A stretch of DNA of 64,000 nucleotides, from assembly GCA_022652945.1 (NCBI GenBank), contig JALCRV010000001.1, positions 131,384-195,383 of the forward strand. Direction: 5' to 3'. The position numbers and the translations under genes were made by a program. This document shows positions 37,496 to 47,848 of the stretch, piece after piece (the stretch's first letter is position 1; each line of letters starts with the position of its first letter). Below the pieces are notes generated by a model that searched no databases, was not told the origin of the DNA, and saw only the letters and a program-made list of their open reading frames with translations. This stretch comes from Bacilli bacterium. Its GTDB lineage: Bacteria > Bacillota_I > Bacilli_A > RFN20 > CAG-288.

Positions 37496-38404
37496 TTACT
37501 TCTCTAAGAACTTCTTAACTTCTTTCATCCGAGGTAACGAGACCAACGCTCCTCTTTTAGTAACCGTCAAAGCCGCGACCGCATTAGCAAACTCCGCGGC
37601 TTCTTTTAATTTCATATTATTATCTAAGCAGTAAGCTAAAGCCCCGTTAAAAGCATCTCCAGCTCCTGTCGTATCCACCGGCTTTATTTTATAAGCCGGA
37701 ATAAAGGTCTTCTCTTCATTATCAAGGATCAAGGCACCTCTTGCGCCTAAAGTAATCACTAAATGTCCGATTCCCTTCTTTAAAAGAGATCTTCCGGCTT
37801 CTTCAATCTGTCCGTCAGTCGAAGTATCCATTCCAGCGATCAGTCCCAGTTCATGTTCATTAGGAGTAAGGATAGAGATATTCTTTAAAAGCTTATCCGA
37901 AAGAGGAACAGACGGGGCGGGATTAAGGATAAAAGTCTTCCCGGCTTTTTTAGCAAGACAAGCGAATTTCTCGACTGTTTCCATCGGTAATTCTAATTGC
38001 GTCAGGCAGATATTGGCTTCATTTAAAGGCTCGGCAAGATTTTCGACATCGTTAGCTAAGAAGGAAAAATTTGTCCCGTGGATAATCGCTATCCGATTCT
38101 CCCCGTTTTCTTCAACGATAATCACCGCCAAACCCGTTCTGCCTTCAACTCTTTTAATGTATCTTTCATCCATTTTCTCATCGACAAGGATGTTATGGTA
38201 AAACGCTCCGTAGCTGTCGTTTCCTAAAGCTCCGGCTAAGGTTACATTGCCACCTAGTCTTTTAATGGCGACCGCTTGATTGGCTCCTTTACCGCCCGGG
38301 TACATATTAAAATCGATGGCGGCTAAAGTCTCCCCGGGTCCCGGGGCCTTTTTCATCTTAGTCACCAGATCGACATTCAAGCTTCCGACCACTAACACGC
38401 TCAT
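37496..38404 (-). CDS. rbsK: ribokinase
   Basis: N-terminus VVGSLNVDLV...PGGKGANQAVA and the C-terminal DTTGAGDAFNGALA anion-hole motif. Confidence 0.9.
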   Translation of the reverse strand: MSVLVVGSLNVDLVTKMKKAPGPGETLAAIDFNMYPGGKGANQAVAIKRLGGNVTLAGALGNDSYGAFYHNILVDEKMDERYIKRVEGRTGLAVIIVEENGENRIAIIHGTNFSFLANDVENLAEPLNEANICLTQLELPMETVEKFACLAKKAGKTFILNPAPSVPLSDKLLKNISILTPNEHELGLIAGMDTSTDGQIEEAGRSLLKKGIGHLVITLGARGALILDNEEKTFIPAYKIKPVDTTGAGDAFNGALAYCLDNNMKLKEAAEFANAVAALTVTKRGALVSLPRMKEVKKFLEK

Positions 38405-38425
38405 TGGCAAGTCCCCCTCATCTAT

Positions 38426-39844
38426 TTATTTTAATAACTCGTACATCTTTTGCGTATATTCCGCTAAGCCTTTAATCGAAAGATGCTTAATCTCCCTCAT
38501 ATAAGTCTCCAGTTTATCACCGATAGGCTTAGTCCATTTTTCATCTAAAGGCTGGTTATTCATGATGGCGATCGCCGTCCCGATCTGCGCAGCATTGCAA
38601 TCGACATCATATCCGCACATAGCCGTAATATGCATCGTCTGGTTATAATCCCCATTCCCATACCATAAAGCGATCACTTCGATCGCTGCATTCGGATAAG
38701 CGTGAATCCAGTTATAGACACCGAAGATCTTCTCACATTCCTTAAAAGCTTCTTCCCAGTTATCATGAGTAAGACAACTATTCAAAGCCTTAGCCACGAC
38801 ATAATGATATTCCGCATCCTTAGGAATCAGCTTAATCGCTTCCCTGATAATCTTACGGATATCTTTTAAGACGTAAGATAAGCAGACCAACTCAGCATTG
38901 AAGACTTCCCCCAAAACACCGTTATTATGATGGGAAACAACACCGTCCATAAAAGCGTATTTAGCGGTCTTTTCCGTATCTCCCGGAGCGAGCATACCAA
39001 TCACCGCTCCGCGCATCTGGGCTCCGATCCATTCCCGATAGGGGTTAGCTACATATCCGGATTGAGGAGGCATAATCCCCATCTTGATATTCCTTAAAGC
39101 CATCTCTTCCGCAGACCATCCGGTCGGGATCAGACTCACCCATTTTAAGGCGATATCTTCCGAGGTTAGTTTCTTTCCCTTTTCCTCAACAGCTTTTAAA
39201 AAAGCTAATTCATAAGTGATATCGTCATTAAAGGTATTAGGTTCTCTGACGTAAGAATATATTTCTCCGAAGACTTTCCTGATATTTTCAGTCTTATAAC
39301 CTTCGCAGGCGGTTCCTAAAGCCCCGCCAGCGATCTGACCTAACCAACCTAGATAAGTCCTTGAAAGATAATCATCTTTAACCGCATCGAAAGAATATCT
39401 CTTAAAAACAACCTTGGAGGCATATTCCTCATATGATTCATAGATATGATACTTCCAGTAACGGCTATGAGGATTTTTAGGGGCGTTTGAAAGAATATTC
39501 ATGATCTGCGCAGTAGTTTTACATAGATTACCTAGATCGTTATTTTTTAAATACTCTTCTCCTTCCGGTATTAAAGCCTCCGCCTTAGAAACATCGTACC
39601 CCATATTTTCCATATCCTGGATTGCACCGATGATCACATGCTCTTCCGCATTAGATCCCGGAACATGGGATTCCCATTTCATCCTAATCAATTCGTTATC
39701 AGTCTGTTCCATCTGGGAAGCAAAACTCCAGCCTTGTTCTTTTTCAGTGAGGATCTTCGGCAGACATTGTTCCATCGTCTGCTGTTCAATTAGTCTGGCT
39801 TTCATGTTTAATTCTTCCTTTCTTTGTTTTTTCAATAACGGCAT
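38426..39844 (-). CDS. ADP-ribosylglycohydrolase (ARH) family protein with a ~150-aa N-terminal extension
   Basis: ARH N-motif LGWLGQIAGGALGTACEGY and C-motif GYDVDCNAAQIGTAIAIMN. Lies between the ribokinase gene and the nucleoside ABC transporter genes. Confidence 0.7.
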   Translation of the reverse strand: MPLLKKQRKEELNMKARLIEQQTMEQCLPKILTEKEQGWSFASQMEQTDNELIRMKWESHVPGSNAEEHVIIGAIQDMENMGYDVSKAEALIPEGEEYLKNNDLGNLCKTTAQIMNILSNAPKNPHSRYWKYHIYESYEEYASKVVFKRYSFDAVKDDYLSRTYLGWLGQIAGGALGTACEGYKTENIRKVFGEIYSYVREPNTFNDDITYELAFLKAVEEKGKKLTSEDIALKWVSLIPTGWSAEEMALRNIKMGIMPPQSGYVANPYREWIGAQMRGAVIGMLAPGDTEKTAKYAFMDGVVSHHNNGVLGEVFNAELVCLSYVLKDIRKIIREAIKLIPKDAEYHYVVAKALNSCLTHDNWEEAFKECEKIFGVYNWIHAYPNAAIEVIALWYGNGDYNQTMHITAMCGYDVDCNAAQIGTAIAIMNNQPLDEKWTKPIGDKLETYMREIKHLSIKGLAEYTQKMYELLK

Positions 39845-40718
39845 AGATAATCAAAGCGATAATAGTTAATCCGTAAGGAATAATGTTTAAGAGTTGATAA
39901 GGGATATTCAAGACGGTCTGAGCCCCTAAAGCGAAATAATCAGCAGCTCCGAAGATATAGGCGAATAACATAGCCAGAAAAGGATTGCCTCCTCCCATCG
40001 CTTCCGCCGCGATGCCGATAAATCCACGTCCTGAGACCATCCCAGCGGAGAAGAAGGATAAGTTAGCCATCGAAAGATAGCAACCGCCAAAACCCGCGAA
40101 TAAACCGCATAAGATTAAGGCCTTATAACGAGTCTTCTTAACCGAGATTCCGACAGAACTAGCCGCCTGAGGATTAAAGCCGACCGCTTTAATATCCTTA
40201 CCTAGTTTGGTGTGCTTAAGAATAAACCATAACGCGACCAAACAAACGATGCCGAGATAGAAAAGCAGATTCTGTCCAAATAAAGCTTTACCGATAACTG
40301 GGATCTCTGAAAGCCAAGGAATAAATAAGTCAGGGATTAATTTCGACGGGAAATTAGCGGATGTTCCTTTGTCTCCGGTGGTTAAGTAGAGGATTAAAAC
40401 CGCTAACCCGGAAGCCATCGTATTTAAAGCAATGCCGGTTAAGAACGGATCGGTCTTAAGATTTAAGGAGGCGAAGGAGAGAAGAAGCATCAGAAGAACG
40501 GAAGCGATTAAGCCGCATAACAAGCCTAAAGCCCAAGAAGAAGTGAAGTGGGAGACTAACCCACCCACGACTGCGGAGACGGTCATCGAACCTTCGATAT
40601 TGATAGATAGTTCCCCGCTCTTATTAGAAATCAACGCTGCGAAGGCCGCAAAAATAATCGGGATTGCATAAGCTAAGGAATTAATCAGGAAGGTTTCAGA
40701 GAAGATAAAGTTCCACAT
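39786..40718 (-). CDS. ABC transporter permease (nucleoside/BMP-type, NupC/RnsD-like)
   Basis: 310 aa polytopic membrane protein. Operon position. Confidence 0.75.
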   Translation of the reverse strand: MWNFIFSETFLINSLAYAIPIIFAAFAALISNKSGELSINIEGSMTVSAVVGGLVSHFTSSWALGLLCGLIASVLLMLLLSFASLNLKTDPFLTGIALNTMASGLAVLILYLTTGDKGTSANFPSKLIPDLFIPWLSEIPVIGKALFGQNLLFYLGIVCLVALWFILKHTKLGKDIKAVGFNPQAASSVGISVKKTRYKALILCGLFAGFGGCYLSMANLSFFSAGMVSGRGFIGIAAEAMGGGNPFLAMLFAYIFGAADYFALGAQTVLNIPYQLLNIIPYGLTIIALIIYAVIEKTKKGRIKHESQTN

Positions 40719-40719
40719 C

Positions 40720-41880
40720 TTATTTCCCTCCTTCCTTTAAAGGCCTGATTGTAGCCTTGTTTTTCTTCTTAAAGAATTTAAAGGCAAACTGAGCGCTGAA
40801 GAGAATGATAATCACCGCCTGAATGATATAAACAATCTGATTAGGAACATCGGAAAGCACGGTCATTTTACTAGCCCCGACCCTTAAATAAGCCAGGAAG
40901 AAAGAAGCTAAAGGAACAGTCAGAGGATTATTCCCCGCCATGATTGCGATGACGAAACCATCGAAGCCATAATTCGGCAGCGCCTTCCATTCAAAGCGGT
41001 AGAGCCTTGAAGATCCTAAAACATAAATCGCTCCGCCGATTCCCGCGATAAAAGCTCCTAGAACCTGGCTAGCCACGATTGAATGCTTAGTGTTGATTCC
41101 GGAATACTCCGCAAATTCCTTATTGTCTCCAGTCATCCTTAACCGATAACCCCAAGTAGTCTTAAAAAGGAAGAAGAAGCAAAGAAGGGAGACTATTAAG
41201 GCTAGAAGGATGGCGGATGATAGACCCGTATCGGAATCCCAAATGGTCAGTTTCATATTGTCTTCTAGGTATTTAGTCTTATCCGCTACATCCGGATCTG
41301 AACACGGACCCGAGAGCAGATACATAACAACCCAAAATACGATGTAGTTAAACATCAAAGAAGAAACGAATTCATTAATCCCTAGGCTGGCCTTCATCTT
41401 AGCGGGGATATACCCGACCAAAGCAGCGGCACACCCACCGACTAAAATGGTGGTCAGATGGATAATAAAGGAAGAAGAATTAATTAAAGGTGCTAAATAG
41501 GCCGCTAAGAAAGCGCCTAAGAAGAAAGCACCTTCCACAAACATGTTGCATTGTCCAGCCCGGTTCATCAAACAGACCGCCGCTCCGGTAAAAATCAACG
41601 GTAAGGACTCATCGATAATCTGAGCCCAGGAGTCTTTATCCTTAAAAGGCCCCGCAAAGAAAGCCTGCAAAGAAACACCGGGCTTTTTAGAAGAAAGCAG
41701 AATCAGGATTAAAGAGAAAAGGAAACAACCGGCGATAATCGACAACAATCTGATCGCTTCCTTTAAAAGCTTCTTAAAAGAGTTCGAAAGGAAGTATTCC
41801 TTCAATCTCGAAGGAAGATTCTTCATAAATGATTCCGCTTCTGACTTGGAAGAAAGGAAGAAGGATTTAAGCTTATTCAT
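40720..41880 (-). CDS. ABC transporter permease (nucleoside/BMP-type, NupB/RnsC-like)
   Basis: 386 aa polytopic membrane protein. Operon position. Confidence 0.75.
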   Translation of the reverse strand: MNKLKSFFLSSKSEAESFMKNLPSRLKEYFLSNSFKKLLKEAIRLLSIIAGCFLFSLILILLSSKKPGVSLQAFFAGPFKDKDSWAQIIDESLPLIFTGAAVCLMNRAGQCNMFVEGAFFLGAFLAAYLAPLINSSSFIIHLTTILVGGCAAALVGYIPAKMKASLGINEFVSSLMFNYIVFWVVMYLLSGPCSDPDVADKTKYLEDNMKLTIWDSDTGLSSAILLALIVSLLCFFFLFKTTWGYRLRMTGDNKEFAEYSGINTKHSIVASQVLGAFIAGIGGAIYVLGSSRLYRFEWKALPNYGFDGFVIAIMAGNNPLTVPLASFFLAYLRVGASKMTVLSDVPNQIVYIIQAVIIILFSAQFAFKFFKKKNKATIRPLKEGGK

Positions 41881-43405
41881 GTTCTTTTTCCCCTTCCTTT
41901 TTCTTTAGGCCTAACATATAAGCCCCGAGCATTTCTTTCGTAATTTTGTCATTATTAATTAACTCAGCGCTGATTTCCCCATTATGGAAAACAAGGATAC
42001 GATCAGCTAAAGCCAGGACTTCACTTAAATCCGCGGAGACCATAATAATCGAGCAACCTAAATCCCGCATCTCAAGTAACTTACGATGGATAAAAGCCGC
42101 CGCGGAGATATCGACACCTCTAGTTGGTTGATCCGCCAACAAAACCTTCGGATTATTTCCCAGTTCTCTAGCGACGATGACCTTCTGGATATTCCCGCCG
42201 CTCAGCAAGGAAATCTTCTGCTTAGCTGTGCCTTTGATCTGATATTCCTTAATCCAGTCAGCTGTTTTTTCCTTTAAAGGCTTAGCCTTGATAAAGCCAG
42301 CAAGATTATGGGAAGAAAAAGTCAAAGAGATGGCGTTTTCATAGATTGAAGCGAAAGAATCGCTTCCGCTTTTCATTCGATCTTCAGGGATATAACTTAC
42401 CCCGAGTTTTCTGACCCAGGCTAAATTCTTCTTATAGATATCCTTTCCGAGGATAGTTATCTTTCCGGAATAATTTCTTCCTAAGCCGATCAAGGCCTTA
42501 ATGGTCTCTTCCTGTCCGTTTCCTTCCACCCCAGCTAAGCAGAGGATTTCCCCTTGCCTCGCAGTAAAGGAAACAGACTTCACCGCTAATTTATTCCCTC
42601 GTCCCTGAATCGAAAGATCTTTTATCTCTAAACTGACATCTTTTACAACCGCCGGTTTTTTATTCAAAGACAGATCGACTTCGCCTCCCACCATCAGATC
42701 GGAAATGTCCTTTTCGGAAATATCCTTCACCGGATAACAGCCGACAGACTTGCCATCCTTCATAATCGAAACACGATCGCAAAGCTCTTTAATCTCATCC
42801 AATTTATGGGTGATGATAATTATCGTCTTTCCGCTCTTTTTTAAAAGCCTGAGTTGACGGAAAAGCTCCTGGCTCTCCTGAGGAGTTAAAACCGCGGTCG
42901 GTTCATCGAGAATAATGAGTTTTGCTCCTCTAGCTAAGACTTTCAAAATCTCGACTTTCTGTAAAAGCCCGACAGGCAGATCTCCAGTTAATGCCTCCGG
43001 ATCAAGAGACATCCCAAACTGAGCACAGAGTTTTTTGGTCTCCGCGATCATCTCTTGAGTCTTTAAGATCCCGAGCTTATTTTTTCTTTCGATTCCGAAG
43101 AAAATGTTCTCATAAACCTTGAACTGATTAACCAGCATAAAATGCTGATAAACCATCCCGATTCCTAAAGAATCAGCGACTTTGGGAGAGGTGATCCTTA
43201 CGTGGGAACCGCGGATGAAAATATCCCCTTCATCCGCAAGTTCCGCCCCATAAAGGATCTTCATAATCGTAGACTTTCCCGCCCCGTTTTCCCCGGCTAT
43301 CGCATGGATTTCGCCTTCTTCAAAACTCAGCGAGACATCCTCGTTAGCCCTGATTCCGTTAGGGTACGTTTTATAGATATGCTCTAAACGTGCAATTTCC
43401 GCCAT
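41873..43405 (-). CDS. ABC transporter ATP-binding protein with duplicated ATPase domains (NupA/RnsA-like)
   Basis: 510 aa with two Walker A/B-containing NBDs (GENGAGKST ... LSGG). Confidence 0.85.
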   Translation of the reverse strand: MAEIARLEHIYKTYPNGIRANEDVSLSFEEGEIHAIAGENGAGKSTIMKILYGAELADEGDIFIRGSHVRITSPKVADSLGIGMVYQHFMLVNQFKVYENIFFGIERKNKLGILKTQEMIAETKKLCAQFGMSLDPEALTGDLPVGLLQKVEILKVLARGAKLIILDEPTAVLTPQESQELFRQLRLLKKSGKTIIIITHKLDEIKELCDRVSIMKDGKSVGCYPVKDISEKDISDLMVGGEVDLSLNKKPAVVKDVSLEIKDLSIQGRGNKLAVKSVSFTARQGEILCLAGVEGNGQEETIKALIGLGRNYSGKITILGKDIYKKNLAWVRKLGVSYIPEDRMKSGSDSFASIYENAISLTFSSHNLAGFIKAKPLKEKTADWIKEYQIKGTAKQKISLLSGGNIQKVIVARELGNNPKVLLADQPTRGVDISAAAFIHRKLLEMRDLGCSIIMVSADLSEVLALADRILVFHNGEISAELINNDKITKEMLGAYMLGLKKKEGEKEHE

Positions 43406-43410
43406 GGCTT

Positions 43411-44604
43411 TTATTGCTTAGTCGGATCCATTTCATCGTAAAGAGCATTTAAGGCATCGGTAGATGTATATCTTCTTAAACCCGAAGTAACCGTTAAAGA
43501 ACCAGAAGCGATTTTCTGCTGAAGATCAGCTAAGTAAGTCCTATCAGCTTGAGAGATTGTCTTCTGATAATTTTCATTATCCGCTAGACCGATCTTTCCT
43601 TCCTTGACTCCGAGGATTTCTAAGTCTCCGTAAGTCAAAGTATTATTGATGAATTTCTCACAGGACTCATAAAGGGCTAAATCGACTCTCTTCAAAACAG
43701 AAGTAACGATCTTTCCCGCCTTTTCCGGATCGGAATCCTTATAGTAAGAATACTGATCGGAATCGACACCGACGATAAACTTATTGTTGTTCTTCGCCGA
43801 ATCGATGCAGCCTAGTCCGGCCTGGGAAGCGGCAGCGAAGAGAATCTCAACACCGGAGGAATAGAAACTGTCCGCGGTCGATTTCCCTTTTGGTGAATTA
43901 GTAAAGTCACCGATATAGCTGTTATAGGATAAGACGTGGCTGCCCTTACTAGTATTGACAGCCTTCACACCCTGCATAAATCCGTATCCGAAATCGTTGA
44001 TAATATCGTTTTTCGCTCCACCGATAAAAGCGGTATTCTTAGCCGCTTTTTCCTGGGAGACCAAAGCGGTCAAAGCGCCAGCTAGATAGCCGCCTTCGCA
44101 TTGACGGAACATCATCGAATGAACAGTCGGATAGGAGCTGGCAGCATTATCTTTGATTTCCGTATCGAAAATGATGAAACGACGATCAGCGTATTTGCTT
44201 TTCTTAACTAACCTTTGTAAAGGCTCGCGCATATCAGTCGTCCCGCAGATGATTAAATCGTAGGCTTCATTCGCAGTCTGAGTTAAAGTCGATTCCCATT
44301 TCGAGGTATCAGAGCCACCCATTTCGATGACGTTGACATCACATTCCGGGTGATCCTTTTTGAATTTCAGCATTCCGGCATTAGCCGAGTCAAAAAATGA
44401 CATATCACCTAAATCCCCGCTGATCAACAAGGCAATTCTCGTCTTGCCATCGTTGATGTTAGCTACCTCTCCAGAAGAAGCAGAACTGCTTAAGAGGCTA
44501 TCAGCGGAAGTCTTACTTGTGGTTAAAGAATCCGTTTGGCCTCCGCAGGCGGTAAGGCCGAGTAAAAAAGACATGAAGAGAATGCTGTTAAAGATTTTTT
44601 TCAT
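43411..44604 (-). CDS. BMP-family (basic membrane protein / PnrA-like) substrate-binding lipoprotein, probably nucleoside-binding
   Basis: Signal peptide plus LTAC lipobox. BMP-family periplasmic-binding fold signature. Confidence 0.8.
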   Translation of the reverse strand: MKKIFNSILFMSFLLGLTACGGQTDSLTTSKTSADSLLSSSASSGEVANINDGKTRIALLISGDLGDMSFFDSANAGMLKFKKDHPECDVNVIEMGGSDTSKWESTLTQTANEAYDLIICGTTDMREPLQRLVKKSKYADRRFIIFDTEIKDNAASSYPTVHSMMFRQCEGGYLAGALTALVSQEKAAKNTAFIGGAKNDIINDFGYGFMQGVKAVNTSKGSHVLSYNSYIGDFTNSPKGKSTADSFYSSGVEILFAAASQAGLGCIDSAKNNNKFIVGVDSDQYSYYKDSDPEKAGKIVTSVLKRVDLALYESCEKFINNTLTYGDLEILGVKEGKIGLADNENYQKTISQADRTYLADLQQKIASGSLTVTSGLRRYTSTDALNALYDEMDPTKQ

Positions 44605-44675
44605 AAATATCCTCCAAAGGGCGGGAAGGAGCAGATTAGGCTCCTTCCCTTTAAATCGAATAAATAAAGTTAGAT

Positions 44676-45191
44676 TTAGGACTTATAGGAAACAAACGAC
44701 CATGCCAGATAATCGCCATCTCTCATCTGGTATTTATTGCAGCCGAAGGAAGCGTAGACATTGTTAACTGAGAAGGACCAATAATAATATAAATCACCGA
44801 CCGCTCCACCGGTATAATCACCGATCGTGTTGACAAATCCGGTTGCGACACCATCCTGAGCTAAGCCTTTATCGGCGATCGCTTCAGTGGTGAATTCGCT
44901 GGCCCACATAGTATCGGAGGTCAATTTTACCGTTCCGTTAAAATAGTTTTCATTCTTTCCACCGACGATGCTGACATTGACGGTGAAGGTCGGAGCGTAC
45001 TGGGAAGCTCCTTCAGTGGTGGCGACAACTTTATCTGTCCCGACAACAAAGGGAGCAGCAGAAGAAAGGACACTGCAAGCAGCAGCGGAAGAATTAGCTT
45101 CAGAAGCGACGGATGAAGAAGCGGTTTGACCGCAGGCTCCTAATAAAGACAGCACAGCGATAGCCCCTAACAAAGCAATTTTGTTTTTCAT
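44676..45191 (-). CDS. DUF4430-like lipoprotein
   Basis: Signal peptide plus LGAC lipobox. C-terminal ...RDGDYLAWSF pattern resembles DUF4430. Confidence 0.5.
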   Translation of the reverse strand: MKNKIALLGAIAVLSLLGACGQTASSSVASEANSSAAACSVLSSAAPFVVGTDKVVATTEGASQYAPTFTVNVSIVGGKNENYFNGTVKLTSDTMWASEFTTEAIADKGLAQDGVATGFVNTIGDYTGGAVGDLYYYWSFSVNNVYASFGCNKYQMRDGDYLAWSFVSYKS

Positions 45192-45311
45192 GATATCTCC
45201 TTTTTGATTGATGAAAAGCTGACTTCTTAATCGTCTCGGATTTTTATATTAAGTTACTTGTCTCTTTTGTTAATCCTCCTTATTGATATCTCCCCCAGAT
45301 AATTTCCATCC

Positions 45312-46817
45312 CTATATAAAGAAGAAGGGATTTGTAATTGCGTATTCAGCTCCCGGACCGGAGACTTCCATCACGACCCAGTCTCCAGCCTTCAAACCGG
45401 TTAATTTAATGTCTTCTTTATAAGATGTCAGATTATTTAAAGTAATCCGCTTCAGTTCTTCCCCGTTTTTCACGATCTTAATAAAGTCCATCCCGTCTCT
45501 ATTGAAGATATCGTTAGTAATCGTCGCTTCTCCTGAAGCAGAAAGAGTCACCTTTTCTCCGTAGGTCTTGTCACCGATTTTCGAGATGATAACCGGGCCG
45601 TTAGAGATAAATGAATGACCGCCTTTAATCGCTTGAAGGACCTTTTCTTTTGAACGATCAGTTAAGTTCAGATAAGTAGTAGGCATCCCGGAATACTTAC
45701 CGCCGTTGTTGTAATAGTTGTAGTAGCCTTGATAATCTTTAACATCTGCAATCTTTATCCCGTTAACAGTCCCCGGGCTTTCGACATCGTGATTGTCCGT
45801 CCCTCCTGTCGCCGCTAAATACAGCCCCTTATTTAAAAGCTCGAACCATTTCATCTTGGATTTATAGTTCTGGCCGTCTGTTTCGTAGCGACCATCCAAA
45901 GGAGCGAAAACCCCATTCCAGATTTCCATCGTCTCGAATTGATCCGCTAATTCCCAATAATTGAACCCCATGGTTGAAACGGAAAAAGGATGGTTAATCT
46001 GCGCAACTCCGCCCGCTCTTTTAATCGAATCGGCGATATAGCTGATTCGGGCTTTGGTGATATCTGCGACATTAGCGGAATTTCTTTCCCAGCTATAAAG
46101 CTCCATATCGTACTTCTCGAAAGTCAGAGGGACACCCAAGCTCTGGTAATGTCCGAATTCGGTCGTTTCCTCCACTCCTTCAAAAGGCGAAAAATAGCGT
46201 GAATCACCGTTAGATTCCGTAAAGACCGGGAAGTTTTTGGTGTTGTACCATTCAGCTACGCCCCTAGCTACATTGTGATCGGTCAAGAAACCGAAATATA
46301 AACCTTGGGAGACATTGGAAAGGGCGAGATTAGGAACTGAATCCTGACCATCGGAATAATAAGTATGCTGATGAAGATCCCCAGCGATCCAGCCTTTAGA
46401 AAAACTATCGGAAAGTTGAGTCAGACGGACGTCCTGCAGATATAATTTCTTCAAGCTTTCGACGTTGACTTCTTTGCTGAGGGTGGAAAACTCATATCCC
46501 TTAGTAAAGGTTAATTTATATTTACCGGGAGCTAAAGGAATATCGTAAGCACCTAGAACATTAGTGAAGGTCCGATAGGTCTCTCCCTCTTCATTCTCGA
46601 CGATGATTCCGGCGATAATCATTTCCCCATCATCGGAAAGGACTTTGCCTCTGACCACACCGTTCTCTTCAGCCTTCTCAGAAGAGAAAGCGGAAGCAAG
46701 AGCGGAAGATTCAGAATCTAAAGAAGATAAGACAGAAGAATTACCTGGGTTAGCGCAAGCCGCGAGGGTGACTAACAGGACCGTAGATAAAAATAAAGGA
46801 ATGATGTTTCTTTTCAT
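45312..46817 (-). CDS. CehA/McbA-family (PHP-like) metallohydrolase lipoprotein with an N-terminal carboxypeptidase-regulatory-like domain
   Basis: LAAC lipobox. GDLHQHTYYSDG motif characteristic of the PHP/CehA family. Confidence 0.65.
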   Translation of the reverse strand: MKRNIIPLFLSTVLLVTLAACANPGNSSVLSSLDSESSALASAFSSEKAEENGVVRGKVLSDDGEMIIAGIIVENEEGETYRTFTNVLGAYDIPLAPGKYKLTFTKGYEFSTLSKEVNVESLKKLYLQDVRLTQLSDSFSKGWIAGDLHQHTYYSDGQDSVPNLALSNVSQGLYFGFLTDHNVARGVAEWYNTKNFPVFTESNGDSRYFSPFEGVEETTEFGHYQSLGVPLTFEKYDMELYSWERNSANVADITKARISYIADSIKRAGGVAQINHPFSVSTMGFNYWELADQFETMEIWNGVFAPLDGRYETDGQNYKSKMKWFELLNKGLYLAATGGTDNHDVESPGTVNGIKIADVKDYQGYYNYYNNGGKYSGMPTTYLNLTDRSKEKVLQAIKGGHSFISNGPVIISKIGDKTYGEKVTLSASGEATITNDIFNRDGMDFIKIVKNGEELKRITLNNLTSYKEDIKLTGLKAGDWVVMEVSGPGAEYAITNPFFFI

Positions 46818-46881
46818 GCTACAAGCTCCCTTGACATTACTTTTAGTTTAAAGCACAATTTAATCAGTATCTATTCAAAAA

Positions 46882-47775
46882 ATGGAAAAAAGTATGCAAA
46901 TAAGCTCAAGCATTCAGGTCTTCGACACTACACCGTTGACCAATGAACATCCTGTCGATCCCGAGGGTTCGCTTTTTAGTTATTATCCGGAATATAACCC
47001 TCCTTCTTTGCATTACCATAACTTTTTAGAGTTGGGATATTGCGAACACGGCAGCGGTATTTTCATCATCGATGGTAAACCGGTCGCCTTTAATGGGCGT
47101 TGCACTTCAATCATTTATCCAGGGCAGATCCACATCGCTAAAAGCACGGCGGAGAATAAAAGCCTTTGGCATTTCCTTTATGTCGATGTCGAGAAGCTTT
47201 TCTATTCCTATCCAGCTTCTTTTATTAAAACTATCAAAGCGATGTCCAACCAGAACTATAACTTCCCCTGCTTAATTCCTTTCGAGGAGAATCGGGAGCT
47301 TTATCGTCTGACGGAAGCAATTATGGATGAAGCGGCTAAAAAGAATCCGGGCTTTTTAGAGGCCATCCAAGGGATGATCTACTCGCTATTAACTATCCAC
47401 GGGCGTTATATGATTCCTAAAGGCCAAGAAGAAATCAATAACCGGAACTTTCTTTTCGGGGAGATGGGTAACGTCATCAATTTTATCAATACGAATTATA
47501 TGAAGAACATCTCGATTGCTGACTTAGCTAAAGTCGGTTGTACTTCTCGCGCTTCCCTTCAAAGAAAGCTCACGGAATTCATCGGTAAATCACCGATGCA
47601 ATACATTCATGAGCTCAGATTAAACCAGGCAGCTATCATGCTTCAGGATCCGAATATCCGCATTATCGATATCGCCAATGATGTCGGTTATCATACTCTC
47701 TCCTGCTTTAATCGAAAGTTTCTCGATTACTATAAAATGTCTCCTTCGATGTATAGAAAAGAAAACCAAAAATAA
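46882..47775 (+). CDS. AraC-family transcriptional regulator (cupin sensor + HTH)
   Basis: C-terminal double HTH with the IADLAKVGCTSRASLQRKL...YIHELRLNQAAIML signature. Confidence 0.85.
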   Translation: MEKSMQISSSIQVFDTTPLTNEHPVDPEGSLFSYYPEYNPPSLHYHNFLELGYCEHGSGIFIIDGKPVAFNGRCTSIIYPGQIHIAKSTAENKSLWHFLYVDVEKLFYSYPASFIKTIKAMSNQNYNFPCLIPFEENRELYRLTEAIMDEAAKKNPGFLEAIQGMIYSLLTIHGRYMIPKGQEEINNRNFLFGEMGNVINFINTNYMKNISIADLAKVGCTSRASLQRKLTEFIGKSPMQYIHELRLNQAAIMLQDPNIRIIDIANDVGYHTLSCFNRKFLDYYKMSPSMYRKENQK

Positions 47776-47848
47776 TTCTTTTGAAACTGGAAAGCGCACT
47801 TTTTCCAAATCATGAACTGCCTATAATTAAATGAAAGAGGAACTGAAT

